The notes under the pieces were generated by a model, which did not search any database, was not told the DNA's origin, and worked only from the letters and a program-made list of their open reading frames with translations. A stretch of DNA of 64,000 nt from Lentisphaeria bacterium. Lineage in GTDB: Bacteria; Verrucomicrobiota; Lentisphaeria; JABSQK01; JAWLHB01. The translations under genes were made by a program, and so were the position numbers. Below, piece after piece: positions 59,101 through 64,000 of the stretch; the first letter of the stretch is position 1; each line of letters starts with the position of its first letter. The stretch lies in NCBI GenBank assembly GCA_041690595.1, contig JAWLHB010000016.1, positions 1-64,000 on the forward strand, written 5' to 3'.

Positions 59101-60214
59101 CTTCTCCATGCAGGAGATCGAGAATCCGCTGGTCCCCTTCTCGCTGGTTGACCTTCAGAAGGCGAAGCGTCAGGCAGCGGAGGCGGATACGGCCTTGCGC
59201 GAAGGACGCACCTGGGCGGCGAGACAGGCGCTCCTGCATCACGATGCCGTTCGCATCTATGCCGCTCTCGATGCCTGGCCCGAAGGCCTCCTCTTCCGCA
59301 AGACTCCACCCGCACCCCAAGGCGCGATGCTCCCGCCCCAACTCCACGAACGCCTTCGAGACTCCGCCGCCACCGTTGAGCCGGCTACCCGCATGGCTAA
59401 TTTCCTCACCGGCGCCGAGCTTCTCGCCTGGAATGGCGGCGATCTCCAACTCGCCCTCACCCTGCCCGTCGCCAACCGCTATCGCTTCTCATACGCCTGT
59501 GTCGCGCCCCCCTTCGGCGATGCGCCCGTCATGTCGATTGATGGCGAGAGCTCGACGGGTGACTTCCGCTCCAGCGCCCCCGGCTGGTATCGCCAGACGC
59601 TCCGCTCCCCCTTCTCCCTCGACGCCGGCCAACATCAGGTCACCTTCAGGACACCCCAAGGCAGCCGGGCAGGCCTCTTCTACCTCGATGTCGAACCCTG
59701 CCATCGGCAGCTCACCAGCGGCAACTGGGCTGCCATCGGTCCCTTTCCCAGTCAGGCTCTCTGGCGCCAGCCTCCCACCGGCATGGGGATCGCCTATCCC
59801 CCGGAACTCGGTCGCGACTTCACCGCCACCTACGAAGGCATCGGCCAGCGCCAACTGCGCTGGCAACCCATCCATGACGACCAGTACTACGTTGACTTCT
59901 ACGCCCTCACCGGCGCCTACAGCGAGGCCGTCTGCTACGCGGTCACCACCATAACCTCGCCCAACGAACGTGATGCCGAGCTGCTCTTCGGCCTCGATTA
60001 CTGGGGCAAAGTCTGGCTCAACGGCGAGGAACTCATCACCATTGTCGAGGCGCACAGCGCCCCAGAACCCGGCCAGTTCGTCATCCCCGTGCGTCTTCGC
60101 AAGGGCGACAATGAACTCTTCGTCAAGATCAACGCCGGCAGCCAGGGCAATGGCTTCTGGATGGGCATCAGCGATCCCGGCGACCTCACCGTGGCCGCCC
60201 CGGTACTGCCATGA
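56177..60214 (+). CDS. Secreted ~1345-aa multidomain protein, putative glycoside hydrolase; paralog B
   Basis: Start refined to MRRFLVIHAAFAIIFSAFA (signal peptide); NPLHPGIQ, WGYGDENIAAF, WVDWR. Confidence 0.65.
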   Translation: MRRFLVIHAAFAIIFSAFAQRIDIDAVDFTASRYLSAEELTKIREKGILIGTGEVDYPIQIQQGGWYELWVQATGWATDLYLDGDYLIHTPFASGIWPPKDKQEKVLNLFLHQGDHTLTFSRPWFPGLPWMRGFSLQPASSLAGQVRLAPMTNALCFRLGQEAPVSLSAARQPAQTAVHLIITRPDDDRELSRQIVQLPAGEGNVDQLVMLPTDTEGAFDLHVKDADGNPLDRIIQYLVVDTQQRPPAPATLERELVQTIDCAAVEPDYEQGETRVIASPIGRYRESGDLGHVENGMKAHWFAYTLALPEVQVPYLLEIDYPDDDERTFTYSVAENNMPGGRTLTHGVASGGRYSLSERMQTAQMLFYPRQQDPRIHFRTWWNGQRAAAATIRIYRIRGGFPDLLPPDLTPEREFGRYQEEPIRFVQWGARQEGNTWQNLWDPAARVGEYSRHVGVNFWQPTIAIYGAAMWPSKFLPSLDRDADSWGVGGGATRKEPLPKDTIRLCLLASEKYGLRFLGELYMPCTRPVARHYFEKRFGGDGDIAWNDPTAKPWLIVHRTGGSPGTPTFNPLHPGIQQWVGDIVAELADRYYDSPAYAGVAIRFMSWQFHGWQGFPSIEWGYGDENIAAFEADRGWQIPVDQNDPARFQKRHDWLLANHYEEWVDWRCRMIYRYHETLARLLTDRRPDLKLYLDLHGPSFGADSDMDAYDRKGWTRLLRETGIDVEMYRNNDAIVIRDRRHYPPGIRGVRQKEPVMRAAAADLFYDAEPIRQTARIDGEGTIAQLHFDANSFESDMFEARQLGLVSPKPESHLHGAGLVFPAGRHFLERYAVSMADGNLVSITDGSHGYISQPPDLTRAFTAEYQRLPAIGMQSLGSGDPVALWQGARDGKNYFYLVNRCAYAVTATVTLPEGARLRRLLTGDPVDANPLRVTLEPYALIGYVNDAGQPPVTISTDVPEEVVAQLRTQIAAAGNLFSMQEIENPLVPFSLVDLQKAKRQAAEADTALREGRTWAARQALLHHDAVRIYAALDAWPEGLLFRKTPPAPQGAMLPPQLHERLRDSAATVEPATRMANFLTGAELLAWNGGDLQLALTLPVANRYRFSYACVAPPFGDAPVMSIDGESSTGDFRSSAPGWYRQTLRSPFSLDAGQHQVTFRTPQGSRAGLFYLDVEPCHRQLTSGNWAAIGPFPSQALWRQPPTGMGIAYPPELGRDFTATYEGIGQRQLRWQPIHDDQYYVDFYALTGAYSEAVCYAVTTITSPNERDAELLFGLDYWGKVWLNGEELITIVEAHSAPEPGQFVIPVRLRKGDNELFVKINAGSQGNGFWMGISDPGDLTVAAPVLP

Positions 60215-61815
60215 AGACCCTCCTCGCCGCAACCTTCACCATCGCGCTCATCTGCAGCGCCCAGACCCCCAGCCTCGAGCTGCTTGCCATCATCGGCGAT
60301 GCCCGCGGAAAATGCGTCAACAACGTCTCCGTTGCCACCACCAGCGACGGCACCATCTATCTGCTGATGCAGAACGGCAGGGTCGCCATCTATGACCCCG
60401 ACGGCACCTATCGCGAGAGCAGCTATCTCCCGATCACATGGCCCGCCTCTCGCTTTTCCCTGCAGAGCGACGGCTCACACATCTACCTCGGCAATCGCGA
60501 CACCGATCTCGCATGGGCGGAAGATCTCGCGCGACGCGGCTCCACTCCTGGACACTTTCAGCCACCGCTCTACGGGATCCTCGCCAACAACCTCTGGTTC
60601 ATCGCCGATGGCGGCAACCGCCGCCTGCAAGTCTTTGACCCCGAGCACCTCGATCAACCCAAATCCATGATCGAACTCCCCGCCGTGCCGAAACTCCTCG
60701 CTGTCAGCGGCCAGGAGGTGGCGGTCCTCACTGACCGTGACATCCTCCACCTCTATCGCCTCGATCCCGACGGCACCCACACCCTCATTCTCTCCGGAAA
60801 CGTCCCCCGAAAAGCCACCTCCATTGCTCTGGCTCCCGACGGGCAACTGCTCGTCGCCACACCCGATTCCCTCTACGCCCTCAACCGCGAAGGCGACAAG
60901 CTGGGTGAGCCCAGGCTGGTGGCCCAATCCTGGCAAAGCGAATGGCCCAACCTCTACCCTTCCGCCACGGCCATGACCACGGGTCCCGATGGCGACATCT
61001 GGTTCCTCGACCAGGAGCGAGGCCAAGTCCTGCGACTCGATCCGACGACCGACCGCGTCCAGCCTGCCATCGCCGGTATCGACCGTCCTTCGGCTCTCGC
61101 CTTCGATCCGCTGGGCCGCCTGCTCGTCGCCAACCGCAAGGCCTTCATCTGGCGCTACGACCTCACCATCGATCCGCCCCAGGCGGAGCAACTGGCCGGT
61201 GGCAAGCCCCTCTATACTGACGAGAATGTCCCCATCTGGGGCCTCCTCCCCGCCAGTGACGGCAGCCTCCTCGTCCGCAGTGTCGAGGAAGGCTGGCGCA
61301 AGGGATGGCCCGCGATCACCCTCCATCGACTCCTGCCCGATTCTTCCCTCGTCCGCTTTCACGACTTCGGCCCACTCTACGCCGAACGCTGCCGCTTCGG
61401 CCCATGGGAAGCCTACAACGCCATGGCTCTCGACTCCACTGGCCGCATCCTCCTCGCCCTCAGCCCCATGCAGGCCATCATCGCCTTCGATAAGGACGGC
61501 AGCATTGTCTGGGAAGCCAGCCGTTTCCCCACCGGCGGCGCCGACGAAGTCCCCTTCGAGCAACCACGCGACATCGCCATCGATTCGCATGACAACATCT
61601 GGGTGGTCGACAGCGCAAATGATGCTATCTTCTGCCTGTCGCCCGAAGGCAGACTGCTCCTTCGGCATGGTCGAGCCGGAACGGTTGACGATCGCTCGGG
61701 CGCCGGCTTCGCCGCTCCCACCGGGATCGCGATCACGCGCGACGGCGACACCGAGCACCTCTACATTGGTGATGCAGGCAATCATCGCCTGCTGCATTTT
61801 CGTATCAACAGGTGA
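60211..61815 (+). CDS. Secreted NHL-repeat / beta-propeller protein
   Basis: Signal peptide; IADGGNRRLQVFD, PSALAFDPLGRLLVA, FEQPRDIAIDSHDNIWVVDSAN, FAAPTGIA..LYIGDAGNHR. Confidence 0.8.
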   Translation: MKTLLAATFTIALICSAQTPSLELLAIIGDARGKCVNNVSVATTSDGTIYLLMQNGRVAIYDPDGTYRESSYLPITWPASRFSLQSDGSHIYLGNRDTDLAWAEDLARRGSTPGHFQPPLYGILANNLWFIADGGNRRLQVFDPEHLDQPKSMIELPAVPKLLAVSGQEVAVLTDRDILHLYRLDPDGTHTLILSGNVPRKATSIALAPDGQLLVATPDSLYALNREGDKLGEPRLVAQSWQSEWPNLYPSATAMTTGPDGDIWFLDQERGQVLRLDPTTDRVQPAIAGIDRPSALAFDPLGRLLVANRKAFIWRYDLTIDPPQAEQLAGGKPLYTDENVPIWGLLPASDGSLLVRSVEEGWRKGWPAITLHRLLPDSSLVRFHDFGPLYAERCRFGPWEAYNAMALDSTGRILLALSPMQAIIAFDKDGSIVWEASRFPTGGADEVPFEQPRDIAIDSHDNIWVVDSANDAIFCLSPEGRLLLRHGRAGTVDDRSGAGFAAPTGIAITRDGDTEHLYIGDAGNHRLLHFRINR

Positions 61816-61818
61816 ATC

Positions 61819-64000
61819 ATGATGGTTGGGGAATGGTTTGATGATGCCCGCTTCGGGCTCTTTGTCCATTGGGGCATTTATTCGCAACTTGGGCACGAAA
61901 ACGCCGAATGGGTCCTCTTCAAGTCGCGGCTCGACCGCAACGAGTACAACACCCTCGCGGATCAATTCACCGCCTCCCGCTTCGACCCCGCCGCCCTGGC
62001 CGGCCTCGCCAAAAGCGCCGGCATGCGCTACATGGTCCTCACTACCCGCCATCACGACGGCTTCTGCCTCTTCGACACCGCCACAACCACCTTCAACAGC
62101 GTACGCACCGCCGCTCGACGCGACCTCGTCGCCGAGTACGTGGCTGCCTGTCGCGAAGCTGGGCTGCGGGTCGGGCTCTACTACTCCATCATGAGCTGGC
62201 AGCACCCCGCCATCTATACCGGCCCCGGCGCTGATCCCAAGGGCTGGAAGATCATGGTCGACGAGACCCACGACCAGGTCCGCGAGCTGATGACCAACTA
62301 CGGCAAGATCGACATCCTCTGGTATGACGGCGCCGCCGTCCCAGGCATCCAGGACAATGGCATGCAGGCGCGATTCTGGCGCTCGCGCGACCTCAACGCC
62401 ATGGTCAAGCAGCTCCAGCCGGAGATCCTCATCAACCCACGCTCCGGACTCCCCGCGGATTTCGATACCCCCGAGCAGCACGTCAAGCCCCCCCGCCCCG
62501 GCCGTCGCTGGGAAGCCTGTATCACCATCAACCGCAGCTGGGGCTACAACATCCACGACCGCGACTTCAAGTCCCCCGCCGAAATCGTCAAGTGTCTCAT
62601 TCGCTGTGCCCGCCATGGCGGCAACCTCCTCCTCAACATCGGCCCCCGCGGCGATGGCTCCATCCAACCCGAGTGCATCACCCGCCTGCAGGCAGTTGGG
62701 CAGTGGCTCAAGACCAACGGCGAGGCCATCTACGGCGCCCGCCGCACCCCCTACACCGAAGCCAATCATGCCGCCGGCCCATTCACCACCAACGGCAAGC
62801 GCCTCTACCTCCATCTCGCCAGCTATCCCGGTCCCGACCTGCGAATTGACGGCATTCGCACCGTCACCGCGGCGCGGTTGCTCGCCGATGGCACCCCCCT
62901 CCACGTCGTCAACGAGCGGCCCCTTCGCCTCACGGGACTCACCCGCTCCATGATCGGCGACCTGCCCACCGTCCTCGCGCTCGATCTGCCGGCCGCTCCC
63001 GGAACCCCAGCCCGCCTCCTGGGTGGCGGCGACGAGCCCCGCATCACCGCCGGCAATGCTCCCGTTCTCGGTGACGATCCCGACCGCCACGCACCTCCCA
63101 TGGTTCCGGTCCTCACCGGCGAGGCCCTCGCCCCCCTGCTCCGCCAACGCCCGCCACACCGCCTCACCACCAGCGACGCGTGGTGCCCCGGATGGCATGG
63201 ACAGCAGCTCTATACCCCACAGGCCGGCCAACGCCTCCAACTCACCCTCGATGTTCCCGTTCTCGGCCGCTATGACCTGAACCTCGGCGTCATCACCCGC
63301 ACCGCCCGCCAGGTGACCATCGCCGTTGACGGCACCGAGCTTCCCCCCATACGCCTGCAAAACGGCGTACCCGACACCCTCGGCCTCACCAATCTGCGCC
63401 TGACCAGTGGCCGGCGGCGCCTCACCATCTCCGCCCAGGGAGAGTTCGGCATTTACGCCCTTCGCCTCTCCCCCGTCTGGCGCCCCCTCCCATCCGAACT
63501 CTGGTTGACCATTGGACCCTTCCCCACCGCCTTCGGCCAGCAACGGCCGGTGAGCGATGTCCTCGCCGCCATGCGCCGCGTCTTCCCGCCCGAGCGCGAG
63601 TTCCTCCCCGATGCCGTCTACACCGGCGATGGAAACAGCCCGGTACGATGGCAGCACAGCCGCGCTCGACGCGGCGAGCACACCGATTGCGGCGTCAACT
63701 TCCCCTACCGATGCGGTACCCAGCGAAGCGGCGTCTGCTATGCCCGCGCCATCGTCACCTCTCCCGACGAGCGGACCGCCACCGTCCTGATCGGCTGCGA
63801 CTGGTGGGCAAGCCTCTGGGTCAACGGTCGCCGCGTGCGAAGCGAACGTCCCGCCGCCGCCTGCGCCATCGACGGCGCCCAGTTCAACACCTGGAAGCCC
63901 ATTCCCGCCCGTATCCACCTCCGTCAGGGCGACAACATCTTCCTCGTCAAGTCCCATCGTGGCAGCAACGCCAACTGGTTCTCCTGTCGCCTCACCGACC
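61819..64000 (+). CDS. GH29 alpha-L-fucosidase with C-terminal accessory cassette; runs off the window and is absent from the ORF track
   Basis: Manual translation MMVGEWFDDARFGLFVHWGIYS...FDP...AGMRYMVLTTRHHDGFCLF...YGKIDILWYDG...TPEQ...WEACITIN.SWGY...GGNLLLNIGP; no stop found before 64000. Confidence 0.92.
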   Translation, partial: MMVGEWFDDARFGLFVHWGIYSQLGHENAEWVLFKSRLDRNEYNTLADQFTASRFDPAALAGLAKSAGMRYMVLTTRHHDGFCLFDTATTTFNSVRTAARRDLVAEYVAACREAGLRVGLYYSIMSWQHPAIYTGPGADPKGWKIMVDETHDQVRELMTNYGKIDILWYDGAAVPGIQDNGMQARFWRSRDLNAMVKQLQPEILINPRSGLPADFDTPEQHVKPPRPGRRWEACITINRSWGYNIHDRDFKSPAEIVKCLIRCARHGGNLLLNIGPRGDGSIQPECITRLQAVGQWLKTNGEAIYGARRTPYTEANHAAGPFTTNGKRLYLHLASYPGPDLRIDGIRTVTAARLLADGTPLHVVNERPLRLTGLTRSMIGDLPTVLALDLPAAPGTPARLLGGGDEPRITAGNAPVLGDDPDRHAPPMVPVLTGEALAPLLRQRPPHRLTTSDAWCPGWHGQQLYTPQAGQRLQLTLDVPVLGRYDLNLGVITRTARQVTIAVDGTELPPIRLQNGVPDTLGLTNLRLTSGRRRLTISAQGEFGIYALRLSPVWRPLPSELWLTIGPFPTAFGQQRPVSDVLAAMRRVFPPEREFLPDAVYTGDGNSPVRWQHSRARRGEHTDCGVNFPYRCGTQRSGVCYARAIVTSPDERTATVLIGCDWWASLWVNGRRVRSERPAAACAIDGAQFNTWKPIPARIHLRQGDNIFLVKSHRGSNANWFSCRLTD

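Noticed and set aside
1..64000. KOPS-like GGGNAGGG octamers converging on ~22 kb
   Set aside because: Present in the expected orientations but trivially predicted by the strong G/C skew; not independent evidence without a statistical test.

Overview
High-GC bacterial DNA. The repeated [13 protein letters not shown] pilin-like genes, DUF4838 protein and many sulfatases/glycosidases point to the PVC superphylum, most like Lentisphaerota (inference). 1-2.6 kb: decayed RHS/YD toxin-immunity debris. 2.6-3.9 kb: a mosaic array of palindromic REP-like repeats, with further copies at about 12.4 and 15.6 kb. 3.9-24.5 kb: two large glycan-active genes, then housekeeping and stress genes (NUDIX, nitrilase, polX, msrB, ExbD-like lipoprotein, SWIM-SNF2 with a HEPN-like tail, LpxR-like, REC-Ser/Thr kinase fusion, ftsY, M20 peptidase, ThuA-like). 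24.5-64 kb: a glycan-degradation region (double sialidase, GH42-like, CBM9-like, DUF4838, two sulfatases, GH39-like, GH78, two GH29, two giant paralogous secreted proteins, NHL propeller). It is organised as three regulated units, each containing a type-IV-pilin-like (DUF1559/H-X9-DG) gene, and it has no recognisable transporter. Strongest leads: (i) pilin-centred, transporter-free polysaccharide loci; (ii) a sharp G/C strand-skew inversion at about 22 kb that ignores gene orientation; (iii) a two-domain C-terminal cassette shared by three neighbouring proteins; (iv) the oriented multi-class REP mosaic abutting the truncated RHS gene. No rRNA, tRNA, CRISPR array, integrase or transposase was recognised. 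All family calls come from motif recognition by eye, not from database searches. Many start codons were refined manually relative to the ORF track.
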